The notes under the pieces are model-generated. The model saw only the letters and a program-made list of their open reading frames with translations. It was not told the DNA's origin and made no database searches. 64,000 bases of DNA from Octopus vulgaris (Eukaryota). The first letter of the stretch is position 1; each line of letters starts with the position of its first letter. This document shows positions 12,251 through 25,025 of the stretch, piece after piece. The stretch lies in NCBI GenBank assembly GCA_951406725.2, contig OX597814.1, positions 169,880,001 through 169,944,000 of the forward strand. The letters run 5' to 3'. The position numbers were made by a program, and so were the translations under genes.

Positions 12251-13041
12251 TAGCAATAAACTTCAATGTGGCTTTCAAAAAGGTTACTTGCCCATGGAAA
12301 TACCTTACTTATTCCATATACATACATATATATATATATATAAGATAAGGTAAACTTACTTGGAAATGGATGCATAGCGTTCCACATTACTCCTCCTTTC
12401 CCCCAACCAAACTCACCTACTGTGTCCCTTGAAATAGATTATATTCTTTTACGCTACCATGGTGGACAGGTCAGTTTTAGCTTCACTACTATTATAATGT
12501 AAACCTTTTTGAACTCATAATATTCTGTACGTGTATACCAATATTTACTGAACTTTTTTAATAATTCCTTCTGGAAATTATCTTGAGAATGTATAATATA
12601 TTTGTTGTAATCTTTTGTGCCCATTATTTCAATGAGCTTGTTAAACTTTTTTATATTCTCAACATGCTCTTGTCACCAAAGAATGTATATTTATATGGAT
12701 TGTAGTACTCTGTGTCAACCAATATTCTGTGCATGTTTGAATATACAGATACAATACGAATACCAATATTAATTCCTTCTGGAAACTATCTTAAGCATGT
12801 CCTTGAGAATGATTATTTATGTAGTAATCTTTTGTGCCCAATATTTTAAGGAACTTGTTAAACTTTTTTATGTCCTTAACATGTCCTTGTTACCAAAGAC
12901 TGTATATATGTAATGTAGCAATTTGTAACAACCAATAATTAACGCAACCAAACTTCTACATGTTACTTTTGACAATCTTTTTCCAAAGAGTGAAACCGGT
13001 AAAGTAAATAAACATCTTTTAAATTGCATTTTCAAACCTTC

Positions 13042-13100
<59 letters not shown>

Positions 13101-13812
13101 TACTTATATGTATATACATATATATATACATATATATACATTTTGTGACGTCCTGTATCCATATATGCATATATATGTTTACATCCCCATAACAGCAGTT
13201 CAGCAAAAGAGACCGATAGGATAAATACCAGGCTTACAAAGAGTAAGTCCTGAGGTCGATTTCTTTAACTAAAAGTCAGTACTCCAGCATGGCTGTACTC
13301 AAATAACTGAGACAAATAAAAGAATAAAAGAATACAATAGAAGGAAGACTACACGAGAGAAGATAGAGATGAGTTCAGAGGGAAGGTGAAATAGTGTTTA
13401 GGGAATGTGAGAATGAAGGAGGACAGATGTGGATTAAAGAAGAGAAAGTGGTAGAAGATTTGTTATTGACTTGCAATTGAAAACAGTAGAAAACTAAGCT
13501 GTCGAGGCATAGATAAATATATTTATTTATATAAACAGCTTGAAAGCCTAGAGGACATTGGCATAAGGTTTAACAAAAGTGCTCATACACTAGAAAAATT
13601 TTTTTTCCCAGAAAAGGTTAGTTACATCCTCATAAAAGATTCCATAACATTTTTTTTTAAATCTATTTTTTTAAAAAAATAACCTTTTAAAAAAAAATCA
13701 CCTTTATACTTCAAAAACTGTATTAAGTAATCCTCATAGACTTCCATATATATATATAGTTATATATCAATAGATAGGTAGCTAGAAAGATAGACAGATA
13801 GATAGAGAGAGT

Positions 13813-13844
<32 letters not shown>

Positions 13845-13936
13845 TAGTGGATGGATCCACTCATGTCTGTATTTACAAGTATTCATTTGAATATATGTAC
13901 ATATATATAAGGATGTGTGTGTCTATGTGTGTGGGC

Positions 13937-13983
<47 letters not shown>

Positions 13984-13997
13984 CGTGTGTGTATATA

Positions 13998-14240
13998 TAA
14001 CTGTATAATAAGATATTATAATAATATTTTATTCTCCAATTTGAAGTGACAATTTGTAAATACAAACAAGTGACTGAAAAATGATGAGCTAACCCCAGCC
14101 AGAATCAGACCACAAATCAATGCTAACATGGCTCCTTGCACATCTGATTGGGTTAAATGCTCACCCATCAATTTTGGCCAAATTTACTTAATATATACTT
14201 AAACTGTCTAAAAGTACGTATAATATTTGTAAACAAACGC
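13998..14240 (-). mobile_element. tRNA-like-box-containing repeat (same family as 17515-18112)
   Basis: Collinear with 17515-17750 (attttattctccaatttgaagtgacaattt...aaccccagccagaatc...aatttacttaatatata). Confidence 0.75.
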
Positions 14241-14355
14241 GATATACATGCATGTAATATATGTATATCTATATATATTTCTCCCTCTCCCCCTCTCTCT
14301 CTCATTCCTCACATATATATGTATATGTGTGTGGTGAAAGAGTGTGAGAGAGCAA

Positions 14356-14391
<36 letters not shown>

Positions 14392-14953
14392 CGAAACTGG
14401 AGAGTTGGTTTTGAAATTATTGAATTAGAACTAACTCCTTAGTTTTGTTTATATTTATTTATTTTTTTGCTATATATTCTGTGACCTTTGTAACTATAAA
14501 GACTAGTTGAAGCATTTCCTTTCAAGGAATGTTATGCACTCTAGCTGACATAATGCAAATATATCTATAAATATAAGTATATGTATGCATTCACACACAC
14601 ATACACAAAAAAGAGACATACTATATATACATACACACACATGCATGTATGTATGTGTATGTGTCTCTCTCTTTCTCTCTCTTTTCCTATTTCTCTCTTT
14701 CTCTCTATCTATCTATATGTGTGTGTGTGTGTGTGTGTAGTGTGTATGATGGTAAGATCATCATAAAAGGAATCCATCTGGTGAGAGATAAATATTATTT
14801 AATAAAACCAATATAAGTATTTATGTGTTACTATTAGTTTCATGTGCTGAGAGGAGCATGCCAAATAGTGTTTTTAACACATCTGGTCTTCTAGCACAAT
14901 CATCAGACACTGCCCAAATGCCCCATATCTATGTGTATATGTATGTATACACA

Positions 14954-15106
14954 CCGTATTCTAACATGTATAAGGAACCCTTTTTTGTCAAAAATTAGGC
15001 GAAAAATATGGGAATTTCTTATAAAAGGATATAATCCCTTACAAAACCTTTTACCAGATTTTAAGCCCCTAGAATTAGGGGGTTCCTTATACACATTAAA
15101 ATATGG
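14954..15106. mobile_element. Tc1/pogo-like MITE; degenerate second copy near 15560-15690
   Basis: TIRs ccgtattctaacatgtataaggaaccc / gggttccttatacacattaaaatatgg. Confidence 0.65.
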
Positions 15107-15953
15107 TGTGTGTGTGTGTGTGTAGGTTTGGCGATGCAAACAGGAAAATAGAATTCAAAACATGAGTATATATACATCAGAGCATGAGTTAGATAGGTCT
15201 TTATTTTTAATAATCAGCAAAAGTTACAGAATGATTTAATGACCAAGAGTTTCATGCGTTGATGAGTGCCAATCCTCAAACCCCTTAACTCTTGAGTCAA
15301 TATTTCTTTAAGTTCTGCCAATTGTAAATCCTTTCTACTATTGGCATGAGGCCTGAAATTTGGTGGGGTGTGTTAGTTGATTACACTGATGCCAGTACTC
15401 AACTGGTACTTATCTTACCGACTTTGAAAAGATGAGAGTCAAAGTTGATCCTGGTAGAATTTGAACTCAGAACATAAAGACAAATGAAATGCCACTAAGC
15501 ATTTTGTCCAGTGTGCTAACAGTTCTGCTAGCTTGCTGGCATCTACCAATTCGCATATTTTAACCCATTTTTATCACCAATTAGGATTAAAAAATATGAG
15601 TTTCTTATACATGGGCAGTATTATAATCCCTTACAAAACCTTTTTTTTCCAAATTTTAAGCCCACAAGGGTTCCTTATACATGTTATAATATAATATTAA
15701 TGAAAAATTTGTGTGTATGTGTAAATATATATATGTGCATGTATGTGTGGTGGGAGGGTATATATATATTATATATATATCTGTAAATGTAATATGTGAC
15801 AATTATTCGGTAGCCTTGATAAAACTCAGAGTTTCAGATGTCGGGGTGAAATCAATGCTGCCATCTCTTCAGTTAGCCGGCCATACAGATAAATTCCTCT
15901 ATTTACTTAATATCGTGTCTCTCTCATTCTCTTGTTGTCTTACCATTTCTATC

Positions 15954-15990
<37 letters not shown>

Positions 15991-17071
15991 CACACACATA
16001 TATACATGTAAATGTATATTTGTGTGTAAACTAAAAAAAAAAAAAACTGGATACCATAATTGTATCATATTTACTATGTAATATGATACAGTTTGAAGAA
16101 ATCTCCAAAGATACACACATAGCTTCATAATATATATAAGTTCCATTTCTTCATTCAATACCGATTTGACTTCTGAACTAATTTTCAAATATTTAGTATT
16201 TTGGCATTTCTATCAACCTCCCTCTCACCCTTTCTTTCTTTTAATATAAATGTATGTATGTGCATATTTCTATGTATATACACCCTCTTCCAAGTAAGTT
16301 TTATCTTAATAATTCTGATGCACACTCTATACGATCTTTTTACTCTTTCATTTTTCTCTCTTTCTCTCCCTTATTCTTTTATCTCCTCTTCTCCCACTAC
16401 TCTATCCCATTAATCTGTCACTCTCTCTCCCTCACTCTTCATCCTTTGCTCACGTGGCTCCCATGTGACAGTCAGTTATCTTCCTTCTCCTAACTTGTGT
16501 TTCTTTCTTTCTCTCCATTGTTGCTGGAACAAGGAAGACATGTTCTTGTCTGTCTCCTGTCCAAGCTTGATTTACACGTTCGCCACCACAACCTCGTTTA
16601 TGCTTAGCAGCTCTTCCTGTTTGTTTTCACTGTCCTGATTGTGTTACCAATTTTTACCCTCCTCAAAATCCGAAATTTTATTTAATTTGCTTTGCAGGGG
16701 AAACTGTTTTATGGAAAGTGTATATTATTGTTAAATGCTCAAAATACAAGAGTTGAAAAACAGCCAACAACTGCTGAAGGGTCGTTCTTTATGTTGTTTG
16801 TTTTGTTTTCTATTTGTGTCTTTCATTGTTCAAAAAAATAATTCATATTTCATGTACTTGTACTTCGTATTTTTGTTGTACATGTTTCATGATGTCCTGT
16901 GCCCACATATGAATATATAAGTGCATAAGGATGTGGGTATGTATATGTACGTAAGTATATATGCATATATATATATGTATATACTATTTATAATATATAT
17001 ATGTATATATATATCATCGGTAACACATAAAGCCGAGAAAGAAGCACACTCTAAGTTATAGAGCAATATAT

Positions 17072-17272
17072 AGTATAATAAAGTTAGATAACGTCAATTT
17101 ATGGGATTACCCAGGGTTTCATTCCATAAACTTGTTGGCATAAGGTCACTCGTTAGACAGGCCTTAAACCAACAGGTTTTGGGATCTGATGATATACTGT
17201 AAAGCTAAATACTTTATGGACATGAAACCCAGGATATTCCTATAAAGCAGCCTTATTTAACTTTATTTATAT

Positions 17273-17275
<3 letters not shown>
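17072..17275 (+). mobile_element. PLE-type tail-to-tail terminus with degenerate hammerhead ribozyme (17177-17246)
   Basis: ttttgggat-CTGATGA-stem II-GAAAC-ccaggata-ttcctataaa. The inverted arm 17072-17130 gives GAAACcctggGTA-atcccataaa, which pairs with tgggat as stem I. Confidence 0.7.
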
Positions 17276-17304
<29 letters not shown>

Positions 17305-17309
<5 letters not shown>

Positions 17310-17515
17310 ATCCAGACATGAACAAGCAAGAAAAAACAACAATGCAAGGACGTCGAATAAGTACAGTGTTATCGGACGCTCAGGAAAGAAAGAAAAGAAA
17401 GAGGATTTCACGTTTCAAGTGGAGCTCTTCATCAGAAATATAGAAAAAGTCCAAAGAAGGGAAGACAGAGAAAGAAAATTGCCAACGATACACACGTGGT
17501 CACATATTGTCACAT
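17305..17515 (-). mobile_element. PLE-type terminus with degenerate minimal hammerhead (17405-17440)
   Basis: Minus strand attt-CTGATGA-agagctccactt-GAAACGTG-aaat; the 3' end abuts (TA)n. Confidence 0.6.
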
Positions 17516-18112
17516 AGCTGTATAATAATATATCAATATTTTATTCTCCAATTTGAAGTGACAATTTATAAATACAAGCAAATGACCAAATAATGATGAA
17601 CTAACCTCAGCCAGAATCGAACCCACAAATCAATGATAACATGGCTCTTTGCACATCCAATTAGGCCAAATGCTCACTCATCAATTTCAGCCAAATTTAC
17701 TTAATATATATTTAAACTGTCTAATACTATATATAATATTTGTAAACACGGAAGGCTTTGTAAGTTACACATTTGTTTACAAATATTATATGTAGTATTA
17801 CACAGTTTAAGTATACATTAACAACATGATGACTACCATTGCTCAAAACCCTCAACGCTTGGGTAAGATTGTTGGGGGAGCATTTGGCCCAATTGGATGC
17901 GTAAGGGGCCATGTTAGCGTTGACTTGTGGGTTCGATTCTGGCTGGGGTTAGCTCATCATTTATTTGTATTTATAAATTTTCCCTTCAAATTGGAGAATA
18001 AAATATTATTATGATATATTATTATACAGTTATTATAATACTATGAGCCTTCCTTAGTAGCTTTCTCTCCGTAACTTACAAAGCCTTCCACATTTGTTTG
18101 TAAATATTATGC
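17515..18112. mobile_element. Inverted plus partial tandem array of a tRNA-like-box repeat
   Basis: 17515-17767 is inverted relative to 17770-18030, and a next unit begins at ~18072. The plus copy has A box TGGCCCAATTGG (17885-17896) and B box GGTTCGATTC (17930-17939). Confidence 0.7.
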
Positions 18113-19005
18113 ACACACACACACACATACATATATACATACATACACATACATACATACATACATACATACATACATACATACATACAATGGGCTTCTT
18201 TCAGTTTCTGTCTACCAAATCCACTAACAAGGTTTAAGTCAGCCCAAGACTATAGTAGAAGACACTTACTCAAGGTGTCACACTGTGGGACTGAACCCAG
18301 AACCATGTGGTTGGGAAGCAAGCTTCCTACCACATAGCCTTGCCTTCACCTCATTGGAGAGATATTTTGAAAATATAACCAAGATCATACATACCTCCCT
18401 GCATAAATACAAGCATTCATACATAAATACATACGTACAAATGTACAAGCATACATACATGCATACATACATACATACATACATGCATGCATGCATACAT
18501 ACATACATACATACATACATACATACATACATACATACATACAAACTTTATATAGAGTCAAATATAAAATACATAGCTTAATTAGAAGATGAATAGTGCC
18601 CAATATCTTTTACCTTGATCCATTATGATTAATGTTGGGGAACACTTGGAGTTTGGAAGAGCTTAATATGATTCCAGGGAGACCTGATTCCAAATGTCTG
18701 CAACAGAGCTGATGTCTGCTGAAGGCATCTAAAAGCCAGATGATAATGTATACTGGGTGACAGATTACACCAAAATAGCACTGAAGTAAAATTCTTAAAA
18801 TGTTGCAAGCACTGAGCAACATTGTTTCTGAGAGTCCCTCATGGCAATTTTACATTTAAAATTGCAGATAAAGAAAAAAAAGCACAGCACATTTATAATC
18901 CAATTTTTTCGTTATATTGATGTCTTTTTTTACTTATTTACTTTTTATGAACAGCCATTTTAACCTTTAGTTTGTGCTGTATATCACACGATACACAGAA
19001 TTTTT

Positions 19006-19433
19006 GGATCTTTTCGATTTGAACGGCAGTTTTTTCTAGCGGTGTCATATGAAATTGTCACCCATAATTATGACTCTAGTATCGATCTATTGCATTTCAA
19101 TCTGTTTTAGGGTTAGGGTTAGTAGGGGTTAGGGGTGGGGGGAAGGGTATCTTTTTTTCTTCAGAAATGTAAATAAACCCAATCTGTTTCTTAAATGAGG
19201 GACATATTCATATGGCACAGAATGTTTTTTTACCTCAATAGACGTCAGTGATCGGTTGAAATTGCAGAAATTGAAGAAAAAAAACAACAAATATCTTACA
19301 AACTATAGAATTTTCTCAATAAAGCCAAGAGAAAAAGATGTTTTATAAACACATTCTACCAGTATACGAAGTTTAAAAGTGTTTAGTTACATGGAAATTA
19401 TTTTAAAAACTGCCGTTCAAACCAAAAAGATCC
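19006..19433. mobile_element. MITE with ~29-bp TIRs and possible 8-bp TSD (Merlin-like candidate)
   Basis: TIRs ggatcttttcgatttgaacggcagttttt / aaaaactgccgttcaaaccaaaaagatcc; flanks gaattttt and gaatattt; internal ttagggttagggttag. Confidence 0.75.
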
Positions 19434-20067
19434 GAATATTTTTCACAGGTATCCTTGCATCATATATGTTGTACACATTCCCAATTTTTCTCAGCCACTG
19501 AAGTAACTAGAAACTAATGAAAGGAAAGCTTTATATTACCCAGAACGTATGAAACAAGGGCTAACTAAAAGTCTGAAAACAAGCTTGGACATGTTGCAGG
19601 AATATTCAGCAATCATTTGGTTCACTAGAATATTGCCCATGTGATCAACAAAGTCTTACCAATCATGATTTTATGTGGAATAGGCTCCTGCAATGACGTC
19701 ATCTTTTGGCACACTTCCTTATGAGCCAATCAACCAGTATAGATTCAGCACACCATGACTACAAAACAGACAGTGTTGGGCTGTGGCAGAGAGAGCATTG
19801 ACAGACACTGTAGGAGTTGACCAACAGAGACAATGGATAGCAGCTGACAACACTGACAAAGGCAATGAACAGTCAGAAGGTGAATGACATTGGAAATCAG
19901 TAGTCAGCAAACAATTATTAACACTTTATCTGCTGCTACAACTATAACAAGAACATTAACAGTCAAAACTCTCTCAACGTCTTTTTGTTAGTAGTAACAA
20001 CATTTATTTTTTTTTGTGTGTATGTAAAGAATAAGGTTTTGTTTATCAAAATTCTCAACAGAAACAA

Positions 20068-20460
20068 TAGGCTGTGTGGTAAGTAGCTTGCTTACCAACC
20101 ACATGGTTCCAAGTTCAGTCCCACTGCGTGGCACCTTGGGAAAGGGTCTTCTACTATAGCCTTGGGCCGACCAAGAGTGGATTTGGTAGACGGAAACTGA
20201 AAGAAGCCCGTCGTATATATGTATATATATATGTATATGTGTGTGTATGATTGTGTGTCTGTGTTTATCCCCCCAACATCACTTCACAACCGAAGGTGGG
20301 TGTTTACATCCCCGTAACTTAGCGGTTCGGCAAGAGGGACCGATAGAATAAGTACTGGGCTTACAAAGAATAAGTCCTGGGGTCGATTTGCTTGACTTAA
20401 GGTGGTGCTTCAGCATGGCCACAGTCAAATAGTAAAAGAGTAAAAGAGAGAGTAAAGAGA
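20068..20460 (+). mobile_element. SINE family A
   Basis: Head, CORE-like segment, microsatellite and tail all present. Confidence 0.9.
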
Positions 20461-20627
20461 CTCTAACGTTCTTTGTACAGACATTTAGGACAAACTTGTG
20501 AAAATGCTTTGGACAAGCAAAGGGTTTAAATAAAGTCTTAGACATTTGCATTTGCAACAGCATCACCATCACAGACATGTGAGTAGCATACCAATCGTTT
20601 TCTTTTAAATGAACAATATTTAGTTAA

Positions 20628-21362
20628 ATATTTTGTCTGCCGCTATTTTCTGTGTTCAAATTCCACTGAGGTCAACTTTGCATTTCATCCTTTCGGCGTC
20701 GATAGATTAAGTACCAGTTATGCACTGGGGTCGATATAATCGACCGAATCCGTTTGTCTGTCCTTGTTTGTCCCCTCTGTGTTTAGCCCCTTGTGGGTAG
20801 TAAAGAAATAGGTATTTCGTCAGCCGCTATGTTCTGAGTTCAAATTCCACCGAGGTCGACTTTGCATTTCATCCTTTCGGCGTCGATAGATTAAGTACCA
20901 GTTACGCACTGGGTTCGATATAATCAACTTAATCCGTTTGTCTGTCCTTGTTTGTCCCCTCTGTGTTTAGCCCCTTGTGGGCAATAAAGAAATAGGTATT
21001 TCGTCTGCCACTATGTTCTGAGTTCAAATTCCACCGAGGTCGACTTTGCATTTCATCCTTTCGGGGTCGATTAAATAAGTACCAGTTACGCACTGGGTTC
21101 GATATGATCGACTTAATCCGTTTGTCTGTCCTTGTTTGTCCCCTCTGTGTTTAGCCCCTTGTGGGCAATAAAGAAATAGGTATTTCGTCTGCCGCTATGT
21201 TCTGAGTTCAAATTCCACTGAGGTCGACTTTGCATTTCATCCTTTCGGCGTCGATAGATTAAGTACCAGTTACGCACTGGGTTCGATATAATCGACTTAA
21301 TCCGTTTAACTGTCCTTGTTTGTCCCCTCTGTGTTTAGCCCCTTGTGGGAAGTAAAGAAATA
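20628..21362 (+). repeat. Four head-to-tail 184-bp units of the SINE family B body
   Basis: Units start at ~20628, 20812, 20996 and 21180 with junction aaagaaatag|gtatttcgtc; they match the monomeric SINE at 24292-24534 minus its first ~60 nt. Confidence 0.95.
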
Positions 21363-21546
21363 CATTGATCCCAGTGTTCAACTGGTACTTATTTCATCAA
21401 CCCTGAAAAGATGAGAGGCAAAGTCAACCTTAGGACCAGGAACTCTTCAGCACCCCCTCATAGATCCTATTTCATATATAACTTTTACAAACCCTTAACC
21501 ATAAAATTAAATAAAAGACAACATAGACTTTATATTAGTGAATAAA

Positions 21547-21884
21547 CCCCATAAAATTAGCACTAAAGTCGGCGATAACATATGAACAATATTCAGTTAA
21601 ATGAACAATATTTAATGACCCAAACTAGAGCATTACTTATACATTGGGAGCACTACAGATGCTACTATGCTGTCTGTACATGCTGTGAGTTATTACTGTA
21701 AGTAAACAGTTGGCATCAATAAAATAAAGCTGTTGACAAAAGGCCGTCGTGATAAGACAATATGTGAAATATTTTGATAACAAAATTACATATGTACATA
21801 CGCAAATACATACATGCATGCATACATACATTACATAGGTGTGTGTGTGTAGACAGACAGACAGACAGACAGACAGATAGATAA

Positions 21885-21961
<77 letters not shown>

Positions 21962-22402
21962 CAGAGCTTTAGATATTAAACAATTTTTATATTCCAGCTT
22001 GGTTACACATGCTTACTTTTATGAAGCCATTGGTTTGGAAAGGTACATATATATATATTGTCTTATATGCTATGGTGATTCTGTTCTATTAGAAACTTAT
22101 GTTTATGCCGTTACACTGAGTAATTCCTAAGCACCATTTAAATATATATTCTTTTGATATTGTTGACACCCTTTGAATTTTGGTACAACTTGGTGGTGTT
22201 GAAATTATAATGATTCCCAACAGAGTGGCTGATGATGGAATTTATATGTTTATTTTGACAATTCATGTTGTTATTGAGGTATTTATGTAGTTGTTTATAT
22301 GTAGCGTTTTTGTACATTACATTTTTTTTATTCATCTTTTGTGTTGTTCTAAATTCCTCAGAATTTCAATGTTATTGCCGACTTTAGTGCTAATATAAGG
22401 GG
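21547..22402. mobile_element. Putative TIR-bounded element
   Basis: attagcactaaagtcggcgataacat (21556-21581) versus atgttattgccgactttagtgctaat (22369-22394): 25/26 inverted match, extendable to cccc/gggg. Confidence 0.5.
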
Positions 22403-22837
22403 ACAGTTGCTTATATCATCTCCACTATTTGATTGGTACTTATTTTAACGAAGATCTGGAAAAATGAAAAGCAAAGTCGGCCAAGGTAAGATTTGAACTT
22501 AGTACCCATTTTAATACCACAAAATATTTTGTCAGCTGTCCTATAGGTTCTGCTACACACCACCCTAAATCTAAATATCTATATTCAGGAATTGAAACTG
22601 AGCAGCAAATACTTCTAGCCAAGAATTCGCATCTACTCTACCAGCACTGTCTGCAATCTGTTGGAATAATGCACAGGAGAAGAGAAAAGAAGAGATAACT
22701 AATGGCACTGACCAATTTTAGCCAGTAAATTGATCACATCAGTTTATTGATTATTGAACACATAAAAGTAAACTGGTGCCAAACCTTGACTTGTTTGGAG
22801 ATGCTATTTATCAGAAAATATTTCTTTCTTGACTCAC

Positions 22838-22938
22838 CAGACAAGAAAGTAAGTCTTTTAACTGTTACTCTATTTCCATCACCTCAGGTTCAGTACAAGA
22901 TGATCTAACGATATTAGAGCCATCTTTGGAATTAACAC
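22838..22938 (-). other. Candidate 101-nt spliced exon, followed by a 180-nt GT-AG intron (22837-22658)
   Basis: Acceptor ttatttccttatatttctacAG, donor CTG|GTGAGT, next acceptor tctcttcttttctcttctcctgtgcattattccaacAG. All frames contain a stop (best VNSKDGSNIVRSSCTEPEVMEIE*). Confidence 0.35.
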
Positions 22939-23255
22939 CTGTAGAAATATAAGGAAATAAATTAAATAAATAAAAAGAGCCAAAGAAATTCAGAAACCAA
23001 ATATTCATTCCATTGATTTACAACTGAAAGGAATGGAATGGTGGAATTGAATAAAAGAAGAGAAATGTGAAACTACCAAGATGTGGATAATGAAGGGAGA
23101 TTTTTGTGGGGGTTGCCAGAATTAGTGGATAGATATTTAGTAAATCACACTACTATTTGAAGAAACGAAAAAGAAATTAATGTAGTCCTAAATAACCAAA
23201 ACAACCAAAAAATAAATGAATAAGGAAAGGCTAGTTATTACTCAAATACTTTAGG

Positions 23256-23897
23256 TCAATGCTTCTCAACCATTTTTTATCTATGATTCTTGTTTTACTC
23301 AGATGTATCCTCCTAGCCGTTTGATGTTTTAAAAATCCTAGTAGGCATAGGAGTGGCTGTGTAGTAAGTAGCTTGCTTACCAACCACATGGTTCTGGGTT
23401 CAGCCCCATTGCGTGGCACCTTGGACAAGTGTCTTCTACTATAGCCTCGGGTCGACCAAAGCCTTGTGAGTGGATTTGGTAGACGGAAACTGAAAGAAGC
23501 CAGTCATATATATGTATATGTATGAGTGTGTGTATGTTTATGTGTCTGTGTTTGTCCCCCACCAACATCGGTGGACAACTGATGCTGGTGTGTTTACGTC
23601 CCCCGTAACTTAGCGGTTCGGCAAAAGAGACTGATAGAATAAGTACTAGGCTTACAAAGAATAAGTCCAGGGATAGATTTGCTTGACTAAAAGGTTATGC
23701 TCCAGCATGGCCACAGTCAAATGACTGAAACAAGTAAAAGAATATTTTTATAATAAAATGTTATTGGGATTTGGATAAAAAATTGTTAAAACATTTTGTG
23801 TATTGTAGAAATATAACCAATTTATTGCAATTGAATGTTAACAACAAAATTTTATATGGACCTCCAAGAGCCATATGGACCCCAATTGAGTACAACT
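23256..23897. mobile_element. Degenerate hAT-like MITE interrupted by SINE A
   Basis: Ends caatgcttctcaacc / attgagtacaacta resemble CAGTGGTTCTCAACC-type TIRs. Confidence 0.4.
23343..23742 (+). mobile_element. Full-length SINE family A
   Basis: Same architecture as 8940-9347. Confidence 0.9.
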
Positions 23898-24291
23898 ACC
23901 TGAGATGGTAGATTGGATCAAATACGAACATTTCATGAAGTTTCTACATTAATTATGGGCAAACTGCATCCCATGGGACTTTCTTACAAAAAATTACTTT
24001 GAATTTCTGTAGTAGAGCCTGATGATGAGTCCCATGTGATGCATTTTTCAAAAAGGCTGTCCCTGTTTGCTTTATAAATTCATTCATCCTGAAAGAAATA
24101 ACAGTCAAATCTTCCTCAAATCACAACCTGCCATCTTAAAAATGGAAGAACACATTGAACAATGAGGTTCTAACTAAGCAATTAGATGGGATAATCATGT
24201 ATGAAATATTGTGATTATAGATTTGCTGAAGCATGTTAATCTTGAGAGAGTATATACATAGATATTTGACCTGTTAGAAATGGCTACCAAA

Positions 24292-24534
24292 GGCGGCGAG
24301 CTGGTAGAAATGTTAGCACACCAGGCGAAATGTTTAGCGAAATGCTTAGCGGTATGTCATCTGCCATTATGTTCTGAGTTCAAATTCCGCCGAGGTCGAC
24401 TTTGCCTTTCATCCTTTCAGGGTTGATAAATTAAGTACCAGTTGCATACTGGGGTCGATGTAATCTACTTAATCCCTTTGTCTGTCCTTGTTTGTCTCCT
24501 CTATGTTTAGCTCCTTGTGGCCAATAAAGAAATA
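24292..24534 (+). mobile_element. Full-length monomeric SINE family B (tRNA-like head; central domain resembling the Meta/MESC type)
   Basis: ggcggcgagctgg head, gagttcaaattcc B box, gcctttcatcctttc.gggtcgataaattaagtaccag core; 16-bp TSD agaaatggct(a/g)ccaaa at 24276-24291 and 24535-24550. Confidence 0.85.
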
Positions 24535-24976
24535 AGAAATGGCTGCCAAATCTCCCTCAAAACACAAAAGCCATCTTGAAAAACACATTTGGATAATGTA
24601 GATCTAGATACATGAAAAAAGAAAATGAGGTGGTCACAATTGGAACACCTTTTTTCATAGGTTTGGCTGATCAGAGATGACTCAGGGTTAGACAATCAAC
24701 AACAACTATAAATAAAAAGAGTCAAAAAAATTCAAAAACAAATATTCATTCCATTGATTTACTTTATGGTTCAACTGAAAGAAGTGGAATGGTGGAATTA
24801 AATAAAAGAATAAAAGAAGAGAAATGTGAAACTACCAAGATGTGGATAACGAAGAGAGATTTTGTGGGATTGCTTAACTTGTTAGAAATAGTGAATAAAT
24901 ATCCTGTAAATCTCACAACCATTTGAAGAAACAAAAGACAAATTAAACAATGTAGTCCTAAATAACCAAACAAGCA

Positions 24977-25024
<48 letters not shown>

Positions 25025-25025
<1 letters not shown>

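Larger units (their letters stand above)
22973..24975 (+). repeat. Local direct duplication of ~250 bp (22973-23210 and 24715-24975)
   Basis: Both copies share caaatattcattccattgattt, ggaatggtggaatt, gaaatgtgaaactaccaagatgtggataa and aatgtagtcctaaataaccaaa. Confidence 0.85.

Noticed and set aside
19107-19135. Interstitial telomere or chromosome fusion site
   Set aside because: Only a few units, and they are internal to a TIR element.
20628-21362. CRISPR-like regular array
   Set aside because: The units are near-identical 184-bp SINE bodies with no unique spacers, there are no cas genes, and the context is eukaryotic.
24005-24065. CTGATGA-containing hammerhead candidate
   Set aside because: No GAAAC and no convincing stems.
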